Positions 47,146 through 56,441 of a DNA stretch of 64,000 bases are shown one piece after another. Under the pieces are notes generated by a model that did no database searches, was not told the DNA's origin, and saw nothing but the letters and a program-made list of their open reading frames with translations. The DNA lies in IMG/VR virus record IMGVR_UViG_3300045988_168118. The stretch is one strand, 5' to 3'. Source of the stretch: a virus. Numbering within the stretch: position 1 is the first letter of the stretch; every line of letters starts with the position of its first letter. The position numbers and the translations under genes are program-made.

Positions 47146-47489
47146 AGTATTTTCCTTTTCATTTTATAATTTTTGGCTTTCCACAATAACATAAGCCATA
47201 AAAGTTATTGTGAGTCAAGTTTGACGCTCAAACTTATTTTCCTCTTAAAAAGCATATAACGACTAATCTTTATTGAATCTTTCTCGTAGATTCGAAGTGA
47301 GGTTCGTTAATACACCATCTCTTCTTGAACGACATAACGCCAGTCTGTTATGCAAGACCTATGCATTTCTCCTCCACACTAAGTGTGTTCGTAAACCTCA
47401 TAGCAGCTTACTAGGTGACTGATGGGATTTGAACCCATATAATTTAGAGTCACAATCTAATGCATTACCTTATCTGCCACAGCCACAGT

Positions 47490-47560
47490 AGCGGAAACAG
47501 GAGTCGAACCTGATGTCTTTAGGTTATGAGCCTACCGAGTAAACCGTTTCTCTCTTCCGC
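47490..47560 (-). tRNA. tRNA with CAU anticodon (Met or Ile2-type), irregular stems
   Basis: Acceptor gcggaag/(t)ttccgc, loop ctCATaa, T-arm caggttcgactcctg. The T-stem and acceptor each carry one mismatch in the hand fold. Confidence 0.5.
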
Positions 47561-47562
47561 AA

Positions 47563-47636
47563 ACGGGATGACAGGATTCGAACCTGCGATTTCTGGAACC
47601 CAAATCCAGCGTCTTACCAAACTAGACCACATCCCG
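47563..47636 (-). tRNA. tRNA-Pro (UGG)
   Basis: Acceptor cgggatg/catcccg, anticodon stem ctgga/tccag, loop ttTGGgt, T-arm gcaggttcgaatcctgt. Confidence 0.75.
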
Positions 47637-47833
47637 CGAACAAGACAAAATAACTTAGCTTCTTTAATCCCCAATTAAATGCTTATAAATTGCTGTTTTT
47701 GTCTTTATCTTTATTATATATTTATTATATCATAAATTTTTTAAAATTTCAATTAAGATTTTTACTATCTGGTTTATATAAAACATTTGTTGAAAGTGTC
47801 TTAATTTTGTTATTTAATTCTTCAATAGAACCA

Positions 47834-48034
47834 TTAACTCCTTCCCGTCTTTACTAGTTTCTTCCACTCTTTTGATGCATTTAGCATATAATATGAAGAA
47901 CTCTCCACAACAAAAACTTTACTTCCTGGAGAAAAAGTAGTCGGTATACTTACTACATCAGACTCAAGATCACAAATTATCTCAACTAAATTGTAAATAT
48001 ACTTATTGTTATTTCTTATTACACAATATCCCAT
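47834..48034 (-). CDS. hypothetical small protein
   Basis: A 66-aa ORF downstream of a promoter-family copy at about 47700-47760. Confidence 0.35.
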   Translation of the reverse strand: MGYCVIRNNNKYIYNLVEIICDLESDVVSIPTTFSPGSKVFVVESSSYYMLNASKEWKKLVKTGRS

Positions 48035-48133
48035 CTAAAGTTCTCCTTTCAATTTTCATTTATAATTCTTAAAAAACCTAAAAATAAGATTATAAACTTT
48101 AAACCAAAAGAGAAAGGAAAAAGTAATAAGAAA

Positions 48134-48511
48134 CTAAAAATCTATTACATTGTCAAAATAATGACCATCAAGAGGAATTCCATCTACTGAAACATCGTTT
48201 ACAATTATATCGTCCCAGCTTTCTGTTACATCCGCTTCACATGTGCGGAAACCATGCTCTTGATAATCCATATCTTCAATTTTTTTTAAATCAGAAGGTT
48301 TCCAATTTTTAGAATGATTATATCCATGCCGCCTTTTATTATTAGTTTTTGCTGAGCAGAGTGGACAAGAGCAATGAATCTTACCTTTTGAGTAAGCTCC
48401 ATCTACTTGATACCAGTCATACCCATAACAATGTTCACTAATATTCTTTTTTCTTTTGATATGTTTAATTCTTTGCTTGCGGTAATAGGCTCTATTTCTT
48501 CTACTAGGCAT
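48134..48511 (-). CDS. hypothetical protein (basic N-terminus, Cys/His cluster)
   Basis: A 125-aa ORF with HCYGYDWY...CSCPLCS. Confidence 0.45.
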   Translation of the reverse strand: MPSRRNRAYYRKQRIKHIKRKKNISEHCYGYDWYQVDGAYSKGKIHCSCPLCSAKTNNKRRHGYNHSKNWKPSDLKKIEDMDYQEHGFRTCEADVTESWDDIIVNDVSVDGIPLDGHYFDNVIDF

Positions 48512-48737
48512 TTAACATATACTCCATAAATTTAGTCACATCAGATTTCTCATAACAAACTAATTCCATTTCAGGAATCTTTCCATCAGAAAAAACTTTT
48601 GCCAAAGCTACATATTGTGTTAATGTAGACTTTAAGTTAAGTCTGTCACCCTGCCCTGTTACTAACTCTACTTTACCTTCACAAGAGTTAACTACTTTGA
48701 AAAACTTATCAATATCGGTTACATTATGTATTTTCAT
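48504..48737 (-). CDS. hypothetical small protein
   Basis: A 77-aa ORF overlapping the start of the downstream gene. Confidence 0.45.
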   Translation of the reverse strand: MKIHNVTDIDKFFKVVNSCEGKVELVTGQGDRLNLKSTLTQYVALAKVFSDGKIPEMELVCYEKSDVTKFMEYMLNA

Positions 48738-48794
48738 TCTTTATATTTCTCCTTCCCATTTTTTTTTACTTTTGAGATATTTAACTATCTCGAA

Positions 48795-48879
48795 CGCCGC
48801 AGGTAGGATTCGAACCTACAGCCCCTCTCGGAGCAGCTGTTTTCAAGACAGAGCCTCCTCCCCACTAAGGTACTGCGGC
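48795..48879 (-). tRNA. tRNA-Ser (UGA), class II
   Basis: Acceptor gccgcag/ctgcggc, loop ctTGAaa, long variable arm, T-arm gtaggttcgaatcctac. Confidence 0.7.
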
Positions 48880-49026
48880 ATATACAAGGCTTACTTTTGG
48901 TTACTTAGTTTTAAGAGCAAATAAACTAAAACTCTCTCTCAAGTTTTATATAAAATATAAAACTATCTATTCTATTCTCTATTATCGTATGATTGCTGTG
49001 TGATAAGTAAGCCTTTATTTATTTAA

Positions 49027-49371
49027 TTATTTAAAATCTGAAAGCACTTCAGCGAGTTCATCTTCTGCTCTCTGCTCCAAAATTTCTGCATCGTTAATAT
49101 AAGCAGTCATTTCTTCAAGATATTCTGACGCTTTATTATATCTTTCGATTGCTTCTTCAAATTTACCAGAAGCTCTCTTAACCCTTTTCTTTGCAATTTT
49201 TGCATTGCATCTTACTGCGGCAAGAGCTTTTCCTTTCTCCAGATCAAATGTATCCTCTGGGTTGCATTTTGCTTTCCCTTTAACAATTTTTCCCGCGTAT
49301 GTGGTAACCGCCACAACAAGATTTTTTGAAGTATAAAACTTATAATTATACATATTCAGGTCTGTAAACAT
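49027..49371 (-). CDS. hypothetical coiled-coil protein (start revised to MFTDLNMYNYKF...)
   Basis: The ORF-track start at 49488 would overlap tRNA-Ser(GCU) and a promoter copy. The ATG at 49371 has the RBS aaaggag, and a TTTGAAA-N17-TATAAT promoter lies upstream. Confidence 0.5.
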   Translation of the reverse strand: MFTDLNMYNYKFYTSKNLVVAVTTYAGKIVKGKAKCNPEDTFDLEKGKALAAVRCNAKIAKKRVKRASGKFEEAIERYNKASEYLEEMTAYINDAEILEQRAEDELAEVLSDFK

Positions 49372-49432
49372 ATTATCAATCTCCTTTTCTTTTGATATAA
49401 TAATTATATCATAATTTTTTATTATTTTCAAA

Positions 49433-49520
49433 CGTGCGGTAGAGGATTCGAACCTCTGAACCGGTTTCCCCGGTTCGTGGATTAGCAATCCACTGCAATC
49501 AGCCTCTCTGCCAACCGCAC
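49433..49520 (-). tRNA. tRNA-Ser (GCU), class II
   Basis: Acceptor gtgcggt/accgcac, anticodon stem gtgga/tccac, loop ttGCTaa, long variable arm gaaccggggaaaccggttc, T-arm agaggttcgaatcctct. Confidence 0.8.
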
Positions 49521-49523
49521 AGA

Positions 49524-49596
49524 TGGGAAGAGTAGGTAATGATCCTACATCTTAGGATTTTCAGTCCTACGCTTTTACCATATAAGCCATCTTCCC
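49524..49596 (-). tRNA. tRNA-Phe (GAA)
   Basis: Acceptor gggaaga/tcttccc, anticodon stem tagga/tccta, loop ctGAAaa. The T-loop is atypical (gtagg-atcatta-cctac). Confidence 0.65.
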
Positions 49597-49903
49597 CTGT
49601 GACCGTTTTATATGCTTCCTATACGAGAAAAACAGTCTAAAAACTCCATTTACTAGTTTTACTTTTTACTTTTTTACTTTTGGGATAAAGCAATAAAGCA
49701 AACAAACCACATGTCATCTAAAAATTCCATCTTTTAATTTTAAAACTTAAGCTTAAGTGTTTTCAACTTTACTGAAGCCTAGATGCAAGTTGCTTACAAA
49801 GGATTCCAAACCTTCTCTTGACTTCTTGATAAAGTGAAAAATAACATCTAAAATAAATAATTTAATTACCTATGACTCTTTAGTCTAATTTTATATCATA
49901 GGA

Positions 49904-49976
49904 TACGGGAAGTGGGACTCGAACCCACAAAATTGAGTTCCTAAGACTCACGCGTATGCCATTCCGCCATTCCCGC
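49904..49976 (-). tRNA. class-I-shaped tRNA with UAG anticodon (Leu-derived D-arm, short 5-nt variable loop), atypical
   Basis: The fold is gcgggaa-tggcggaatggcatacgcg-tgagt-ctTAGga-actca-atttt-gtgggttcgagtcccac-ttcccgt-a. Its D-arm is identical to that of tRNA-Leu(CAA) at 50123..50200. Confidence 0.5.
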
Positions 49977-50122
49977 TTAGTGTAGGTAACCTTCGCAGAA
50001 ACCTACTGACTTGCCGATAACTTACATAGTCTCGTATATCTCTTACGCTGAACTATCCTCTCTCCGCAAATACTACCGTAAGGTAAACACCCTGTTGAGA
50101 TATTTATAACGAAGGTTTTAAT

Positions 50123-50200
50123 GCTCCTATTGGGACTCGAACCCAAATGATTTCTCCGTAGCTTTTGAGACTACTGCGTATGCCATTCCGCCATAAGAGC
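50123..50200 (-). tRNA. tRNA-Leu (CAA), class II
   Basis: Acceptor gctctta/taggagc (with G-U), loop ctCAAaa, long variable arm, T-arm tgggttcgagtccca. Confidence 0.7.
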
Positions 50201-50204
50201 TTAA

Positions 50205-50289
50205 TGAAGGTAGTGGGATTCGAACCCACAGTGTTTCTAATGTAGCGGATTTTAAGTCCGCTCTGTCTCGCCAGTTGCAGCATACCTCC
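50205..50289 (-). tRNA. tRNA-Leu (UAA), class II
   Basis: Acceptor ggaggta/taccttc, anticodon stem gcgga/tccgc, loop ctTAAaa, long variable arm, T-arm gtgggttcgaatcccac. Confidence 0.7.
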
Positions 50290-50376
50290 AAATGAAGAGT
50301 GTTAAACTCTTCAGTTTGTTAATTTATTATAAGGGAATTAACACCCTAAAGGAAGGAAAACAGTTTCATGAACAGT

Positions 50377-50458
50377 GGGCGTGATGAGATTCGAACTCAC
50401 ATGACTCTAAGTCAGCGGATTTTAAGTCCGCCACGTATACCTTTCCGTCACACACCCA
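50377..50458 (-). tRNA. tRNA-Leu (UAA), second copy, class II
   Basis: Acceptor gggtgtg/cacgccc, the same anticodon arm gcgga-ctTAAaa-tccgc, T-arm gtgagttcgaatctcat. Confidence 0.65.
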
Positions 50459-50701
50459 AAATGAATAGATTCAAAGGCTCTTTACTCCAAGAGGATAAAA
50501 CCTTATATTAAGCATTGACATTAAAGGCTTTGCTAATAGAAAGTTATATCTATCCAACTTTCAAAGACAAAAGATTTAATTTATCAGTCTGCAAAATTAT
50601 TTAATTATTTGATACTTTAATTACAATGGACGTCCGCAGTACTTTTTAACAGGCACTTCTGCCTCCACGATTTAACCGAATCGCTCGGACAAGAAAATTC
50701 A

Positions 50702-50728
50702 CTTGCATTGCATTGCATTGCATTGCAT
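50702..50728. repeat. (TTGCA)n pentanucleotide microsatellite, about 5 units
   Basis: The sequence cttgcattgcattgcattgcattgcat is read directly and lies in an intergenic spacer of the tRNA island. Confidence 0.85.
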
Positions 50729-50793
50729 ATCTATTGTCTGCCCATATGCTTTTGACTATCGTAGGTTTTTAAAAAGTAAGCCTATAAACTTGA

Positions 50794-50867
50794 TGCTTAA
50801 GAATGGACTTGAACCACCGACCTCATGCTTATCAGACATGTGCTCTAACCAACTGAGCTACTTAAGC
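50794..50867 (-). tRNA. tRNA-Ile (GAU)
   Basis: Acceptor gcttaag/cttaagc, D-arm tagctcagttggttagagc, loop ctGATaa, T-arm ggtggttcaagtccatt. Confidence 0.8.
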
Positions 50868-51339
50868 TTATATTTCTTTTTTCTTTTCTTTTCTTTTGAT
50901 ATATTTATTATATCATAATTTTTTATTTTTTTCAAATTATTTTTAGAGCCTATGCTATATGCTTACACCACCGCCACCTAAATAGTCGCTACCTTGCTCA
51001 GAAAGAGGAATTTAATATTTTGTTTTTACAGAAAGGCACAAAATAAACCTATGTAATTTTTACAATACATTTTAAAGAAAGAGATGTGCAACACTGGTTT
51101 CTTGCACTCGCGGCGTTTGGTATCCGCGTTTCATATGACGTCACCCAGCTTTTACCACGCTTCTATTTTTTAGCTATATTAGCAAAAGATAAGAGAAGCA
51201 CTAACGAATCTTACTTTCACCCACATTCGGGAACGGTTTCCTTATTCAAACCACTAAAGTCACTTCATCTCCGCATGAAGAACGTTTGTTCTTATTTACT
51301 AATAACTTCCTAGGTTTATCTGTAAATAAAAGACAAAAT

Positions 51340-51413
51340 TGCGGCGGGTGGGATTCGAACCCACGACCTCTTGGTTATGAGCCAAGCGAGCTTCCAGGCT
51401 GCTCTACCCCGCG
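51340..51413 (-). tRNA. initiator-like tRNA-Met (CAU)
   Basis: The 5' part cgcggggtagagcagcctggaagctcg is near-identical to E. coli tRNA-fMet (cgcggggtggagcagcctggtagctcg). Loop ctCATaa. T-arm gtgggttcgaatcccac. The acceptor 3' strand pairs imperfectly in the hand fold. Confidence 0.6.
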
Positions 51414-51416
51414 ATA

Positions 51417-51644
51417 TTAAAATCTTCCGAGAAAATTTCCCAATTCATCAAAATCAAAACCTACTGGTTCTCTTTCATAACCATTCGCAATTATAAAAGA
51501 AACTCTGGAAGCGGGTAAGGAAGAATACTGTTTTTTTAATTCAGTAAAATCCTCATCAAGAAAATCTTCTACAATAAAAGGACTATTGTGACAAGCAGAT
51601 TGAATCAATTTGATTCCACCAAGTAATTTTTCTTTGTCAGTCAT
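51417..51644 (-). CDS. hypothetical small protein
   Basis: A 75-aa ORF lying between tRNA-Glu and the initiator-like tRNA. Confidence 0.4.
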   Translation of the reverse strand: MTDKEKLLGGIKLIQSACHNSPFIVEDFLDEDFTELKKQYSSLPASRVSFIIANGYEREPVGFDFDELGNFLGRF

Positions 51645-51746
51645 AAAAAATTTTCTCCTTTTTTACAAGACAGTTTATTTTAGATTTATAAGAATTAAAA
51701 GTTCTTTCCTTGAAATAATATAATTGTTTGCTGTTTCTGTCTTAAA

Positions 51747-51819
51747 TGACCCCGGCGGGACTTGAACCCAGCATTACGACCTTGAAAGGGTCGTATCCTA
51801 ACCCTTAGACCACGGAGCC
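51747..51819 (-). tRNA. tRNA-Glu (UUC)
   Basis: Acceptor ggctccg/cggggtc (two G-U pairs), D-arm gtctaagggttagga, anticodon stem cgacc/ggtcg, loop ctTTCaa, T-arm ctgggttcaagtcccgc. Confidence 0.65.
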
Positions 51820-52074
51820 GCATATTTGTACTGGGATTCAAACCCAGGTTCTCAGAATTAGTCTTAGACTGCTTAACTATAAAGCTAAAAAACTTATTAC
51901 TCTTCTTCTATTGGCTCCTCGTTCATAATGAATTCCCAATATTTGGACTCATCATAAAATTCTTCACACTGTGTACCTAAGTCAAAATCATCAAACATAA
52001 ATATCATTTCCTTTCTTCTTTTGATATATTTATTATATCATATATTTTTTAAAAAATCAATTAAGATTTTTTAA

Positions 52075-52148
52075 TCACTCTTAACAGACTCGAACTGTTA
52101 TCTTTACCTTGAGAGGGTAATATCCTATTCCTTTTAGACGAAAGAGTG
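52075..52148 (-). tRNA. tRNA-like with CUC anticodon (Glu-GAG reader?), irregular D-arm
   Basis: Acceptor cactctt/aagagtg, anticodon stem ttacc/ggtaa, loop ctCTCaa, T-arm aacagttcgagtctgtt. The D-region is longer than usual. Confidence 0.45.
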
Positions 52149-52376
52149 TTATAATATGTACGATCAGCTTTAACGCACTTGATGCTTATTAAGTTGGTAT
52201 TATAAGCATCTTTCACATAAATGGTATTACCAACGATCATTTATATAAAGTTTTCCCTTTGATCTAATGATTAGCTTGACATTCAAGTCTACCGCATCCT
52301 CGCGGACTAACTTCATTAGCTTTTAACCAGGTCTATCACAGTTAAGGAGTTTTATGTGTGTTCCTTCGCCACAGCG

Positions 52377-52460
52377 TGGGAGTGGAGGGAATCGAACCCA
52401 CTCGATGCAAATGCCACCTGATTTACAGTCAGGTCGGACTCCTTAGCCGTTTACACTCCC
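52377..52460 (-). tRNA. tRNA-Tyr (GUA), class II
   Basis: Acceptor gggagtg/cactccc, anticodon stem cctga/tcagg, loop ctGTAaa, long variable arm. Confidence 0.65.
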
Positions 52461-52467
52461 TCATTTT

Positions 52468-52818
52468 CTAAACAAAATCAACTTTATCAAACATTGGTGC
52501 ATAACTTTTAACATGATTATGAGTTAAAACGCCCATCAAAACTTCATTTTCATTTTCTTCTACGATAAAGATACGAGCCGTATCTGTCGTAACTGCTTGT
52601 CTACCTCTTGGAGCAGTTAATAGTTTAGCACATCTTTCAACTCTTTGCATGTCAGTAGTATTAACTTCCATTCTTCCTCTAGAACTAACTACTACAAAGA
52701 CAGGCATATTATTTTTAATCTTTGGTCTTACATCAAGAATCCTACCGCACCAGTTGATATCATATTCTTCGTGCACATCTGTTACTACTAAATGAGTTTT
52801 TACTAATACTTCCGCCAT
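52468..52818 (-). CDS. hypothetical protein
   Basis: A 116-aa ORF. Confidence 0.45.
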   Translation of the reverse strand: MAEVLVKTHLVVTDVHEEYDINWCGRILDVRPKIKNNMPVFVVVSSRGRMEVNTTDMQRVERCAKLLTAPRGRQAVTTDTARIFIVEENENEVLMGVLTHNHVKSYAPMFDKVDFV

Positions 52819-52822
52819 CTTG

Positions 52823-53014
52823 TCACTCCTTAAAAGAATTAAAGAACTTTATAATATCTTTATTTACCTTTCTAGTTTCAGTATTCTCACTCCTTGGGGC
52901 GGATTTAGAAACATGAGATGGATGTTGCTCTTTCCAACAGGAAAGAAAATGTTTTGTAAGATTTTCTTCTTTTTCAAATCCTTTTTTACAAGTAGGACAA
53001 ATATACATATTCAA
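52823..53014 (-). CDS. small C2H2/zinc-ribbon-like protein
   Basis: Carries CPTCKKGF...HFLSCWKEQH. Confidence 0.4.
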   Translation of the reverse strand: MNMYICPTCKKGFEKEENLTKHFLSCWKEQHPSHVSKSAPRSENTETRKVNKDIIKFFNSFKE

Positions 53015-53367
53015 TCTCCTTTATCAGCCTTTTCATTAACCGTTCCTGTAGAAATAGTGTGCTTAAAAAGACAGGATAAAATAGCTAGATACTGAAATAT
53101 TCTTTCTTAGCAGGAAAGTGCCCTATATGAGCAGTATAATTGCTGTATGTATCTATTTTTCCACTTCATTAAAAGATGACGCTTTTAATGAAATTAGCTT
53201 TCGATACCATCTCTGTCAAGTCCTTAGCTTACAAGGACGGCGAAGTGTAAGCCCTTCATCCCGTACTCATACTTCCCATTGATTTACAAGGCTGATAGTA
53301 CGAAACAACCTTGGAAGAATTTCATAGGTCATCTATGACTGAGGTTCTTCAATTTCTCAGATTTGAG

Positions 53368-53439
53368 CTGGGGTAGCTGGATTTGAACCAGCGTATTTCG
53401 GAGTCAAAGTCCGATGCCTTACCGCTTGGCGATACCCCA
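53368..53439 (-). tRNA. tRNA-Gln (UUG), U1-A72
   Basis: Acceptor tggggta/tacccca, anticodon stem tcgga/tccga, loop ctTTGac, T-arm gctggttcaaatccagc. Confidence 0.7.
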
Positions 53440-53447
53440 TTATAAAC

Positions 53448-53484
53448 TGCCCCGGTGGGAATTGAACCCACAACACGCTGGTTA
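53448..53484 (-). tRNA. tRNA-Asn (GUU) 3' exon/half (..taa-ccagc-gtgtt-gtgggttcaattcccac-cggggca-g)
   Basis: It pairs with the 5' half at 54222..54255: acceptor tgccctg/cggggca and anticodon stem gctgg/ccagc. Together they give a tRNA closely resembling E. coli tRNA-Asn (tagttcagtcggtagaacg versus tagtccaatggtagaacg), with anticodon loop ctGTTaa. Confidence 0.6.
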
Positions 53485-54221
53485 ATCAGAAGTTGAGATT
53501 TGAACTCAAATATTTTCCCATTGCTCATCAGTGTATTTATCAATCTCAGATTTTTTTCGAGGGAGATTTTCTTTATCGCACCATTTTCTAATTGTATTAT
53601 CACTACAATTATATTTTTCTGCAATTTTAGTAAAAGGTAACTCTCGAATTAATTTTTTTAATTCTTCTCTATCAGGTCTTTCAATAATTCGTCTTTTTAA
53701 TTGAGCACATGATGGACATAAACCAGTTTTAGAAAAACGACTAATTTTTATTCCGCAATTAGAACATTTTCGTTCTTCTTTTTTATTTTCTTGTATCAAT
53801 TCATTCGCATAATTATCATTATAAACTTGATATTTCCATAAATCAATTCCTTCATACAAATTAGTTGTATGAATTTCTCTATGACAATTTGAACAGACTA
53901 AAAGACATTTTTTTTTACTTCTTCTAAATCTTCTTCAATATTATGACAATTTCCACTGGATAATTGATACTTTTTATCTTCTGGATTTATATATATGATG
54001 AAACTCTAAAGCTCCAACACATTTATTATATCCACATAAGCTACAACAAGAACCTAATACTTTTACTAAGTTTTCCTTTCTTCTCTTTCTAAAATCTGTA
54101 ACAGCTTTAATATTATTACTCATAATTTTTCTCCTTTTCTATTTTATAAATATAAAGAATTAACATTATGAGTTAATCACTGTTGACCATAGTTCAAATG
54201 CATTACTTATGCTACTCCCGC
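53485..54221 (-). mobile_element. 737-bp insertion/intron in the anticodon loop of tRNA-Asn carrying a frameshifted HNH endonuclease gene
   Basis: The insertion lies between the loop nucleotides ctgt|taa. Its 3' end is ...ctgaT, which is not a canonical omega-G. The junction is repeat-ambiguous, and the data do not distinguish an intron from a simple disruption. Confidence 0.5.
53506..54123 (-). pseudogene. HNH endonuclease (HNH plus zinc ribbon plus HTH) disrupted by a frameshift in an A9 homopolymer
   Basis: The ATG at 54123 gives MSNNIKAVTDFRKRRKENLVKVLGSCCSLCGYNKCVGALEFHHIYINPEDKK...NCHNIEEDLEEVKK and then a stop. Frame +1 continues CLLVCSNCHREIHTTNLYEGIDLWKYQ... into ORF 53506..53859. 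The shift is at the T9 run (plus strand 53908-53916). Confidence 0.6.
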
Positions 54222-54255
54222 ACAGCCAGCCGTTCTACCATTGGACTACAGGGCA
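54222..54255 (-). tRNA. tRNA-Asn (GUU) 5' exon/half (tgccctg-ta-gtccaatggtagaacg-gctgg-ctgt)
   Basis: See the 3' half at 53448..53484 for the pairing. Confidence 0.6.
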
Positions 54256-55009
54256 TTAAAACGTTGATTTACAAGATGCTCTTATTATAAAAACTCCTTT
54301 TATCTATACAGAAATTCATTGCTGTAATGCATCTTTAATACTTTGTTTTCATGTATTTATTATATCATATATTTTTTAAAAAATCAATTAAGATTTTTTG
54401 CCTAGCGTTTCAGGTACTTTTTAGCCCTAACTTATTTGAATAAGGTCTGACATTCACGCATGCTCCTCTAGTACCATGGGGCTTAGGTCTCGATCAAGTA
54501 ATTGTACTCTTTTCATAGCCTGGATTCTTGAAAGATGGTTTAGTTCGTTTTATACCGCCTACTCCTTACGGCGGTTTGGCTGTCTCTCAAAGTCCATTTA
54601 ACCGTTTCATAACACCCATCAGATTTAATCTGGATTAAGTGACTGCGGCACCATAGTCCCGTGGGGCTGGAATCGAACCACCCTAATAGTTATATACTTT
54701 AGCTCGTACTTATTAAATTACTTATAGTATTTTTTCTAGCTCATTATTACTACTTTCATAAAACAGTGACTTACTACTCCTCAAACCTTGTCTCAGCGAT
54801 TACCCAATTTTTCTTAATAAAATTTAGCTAGTTAAATAAAATTAAAATCAAATCGCACACGGGTTATAAATATTTAATTATTTTGTTATAATGCAGTTTC
54901 TTTTCAATTAACCACTACTCAGACTTACAATTATAACAAGGTTATTAACCTAATGGATAGCACCGTTTAAAGCTCCTGAACTGCTTACCATCATATTGTA
55001 ACTTGTTCA

Positions 55010-55089
55010 TAGGCGAGGCGAGATTCGAACCCGCACGCACGAGGCACCAGTTCCTAAGACTGGCGTGGCTACCATTACACCACTCACCC
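55010..55089 (-). tRNA. tRNA-Leu (UAG), class II
   Basis: Acceptor gggtgag/ctcgcct (two G-U pairs), anticodon stem ccagt/actgg, loop ctTAGga, long variable arm tgcctcgtgcgt, T-arm gcgggttcgaatctcgc. Confidence 0.65.
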
Positions 55090-55132
55090 TTAAAATATTC
55101 TAAGTGAAACTCGAACCCACAGCAGCTTAAAT

Positions 55133-55155
55133 ATTGTGTTGTGTTGTATTGTGTT
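55133..55155. repeat. (TGTTG/TGTGT)-type short tandem repeat
   Basis: The sequence attgtgttgtgttgtattgtgtt is read directly. Confidence 0.6.
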
Positions 55156-55219
55156 TACCAATTTCATCACTAGAGCTTATTTAGCCACGTGAGAAAAATT
55201 TGCACGTGTTAGTAGAATA

Positions 55220-55292
55220 TGTGCGATTTGAACGCCGCCTCAAGTTCCCAAAACTCGTGTGCTACCATTACACCACATACTCTTTATTGTAG
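55220..55292 (-). tRNA. degenerate tRNA-Pro(UGG)-like copy with weak T-stem
   Basis: Acceptor agagtat/atattct pairs fully. D-arm gtggtgtaatggtagcacac. Anticodon stem cgagt/acttg, loop ttTGGga. The T-stem has only 3 bp (gcg/cgc). Confidence 0.35.
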
Positions 55293-55501
55293 TAGACTAT
55301 TGCGAACTTGCCGTCTACCATGGCGACTCATTTAATTTCTCCTTTTCGGATATGTCACAGTGACATAACTGTGAATTGTGGGTGCGATCTTGCCTAGGTT
55401 CAAGCCTTTACCCCGGCGGAGCCAGTACAGGTACCTTTTCCGCTGTGCCCTACACTCTATTGCTGTGTATGCCGTTCACCGCATTTAATAAAGGATTTGC
55501 G

Positions 55502-55573
55502 AGCCGGTAGAGGGATTCGAACCCCGGTTTACTGATTATAAATCAATCGCATTGCCAACTATGCTATACCGGC
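55502..55573 (-). tRNA. tRNA with UAU anticodon (Ile-AUA decoder type)
   Basis: Acceptor gccggta/taccggc is perfect. D-stem gcat/atgc. Anticodon stem attga/tcagt, loop ttTATaa. T-arm cggggttcgaatccctc. Confidence 0.55.
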
Positions 55574-56441
55574 ATTTAAAAAGCGAGTTTCCTCGCCTTA
55601 ATAATTTTTTATTAGGCTGAGATTATTGACCTATTATAATTAGCTTTGCTTACCGTTGGAAGTAAGTAATCACACGAACGATTAATCCGTAGCTAATAGC
55701 GACACCAGTTTCAGTGGCTCCTGGCAAACTCTTACTACATAGTATTATAAATTTCCTTTCAGCACATTCTTCCTTGCGGGATTCAAAGATTGCAGTCTCT
55801 TAGAGTTGCACCTAATTGTACTTTTTCATATCTCACCTTGCGAGTTCAATATGTGTCCATATTACAGAACAATAAGTCGCTTTTCTCTATGTAGTCATGT
55901 ACACTTTTGCTGTATAAGTAAATGTTTTATTTTCATATAATATATTAGAAAACCAAATCAGACTCTTCCTGATTAAATATCCAATGCAATCATGTACATA
56001 TATTATGGATTACGAGGTACACATTTGAGCATCTATACCTTTTGAGTACAGCCCACTCATCGCAACCCTGCTCGTCTTGCTATCGACTTACTTTAAGCTA
56101 TTCCAACTATCTTTCGATTTAAGTCAGAAATGACTAATTAAATACAGCACTTGCTCTTGCGGAACTTGCACCATAAAACAACCTTACTATCCACTCATTT
56201 CTGAGTTTATTTTATAGCACCTTTCCCATGATGCCCGACCAACCATTGTCCTCAGCGGATGCCCCAAAACTTTAGGTTGGAACGTTAGTAAGTATTGGCT
56301 TTCTATTACTCCTCTTTAGAAGGAGGCATTTTCATGCTTTATACGTGTCACCACGCTTATTTAACGACCTGAAGCCAGCCGATTAGTTTTTCAAACGTGT
56401 TCGCCGAAGTTAGTGCGTTGTTGGATAACTAATAATCCGAG

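Noticed and set aside
54420-54700. Possible tmRNA (ssrA), suggested by ggggctgg...attcgaacc resembling the tmRNA 5' end GGGGCTGATTCTGGATTCGAC.
   Set aside because: No tag-peptide reading frame with a resume codon follows, no matching 3' T-arm plus ...CCA partner is found on the same strand within about 400 nt, and the T-arm orientation fits a minus-strand tRNA fragment instead.
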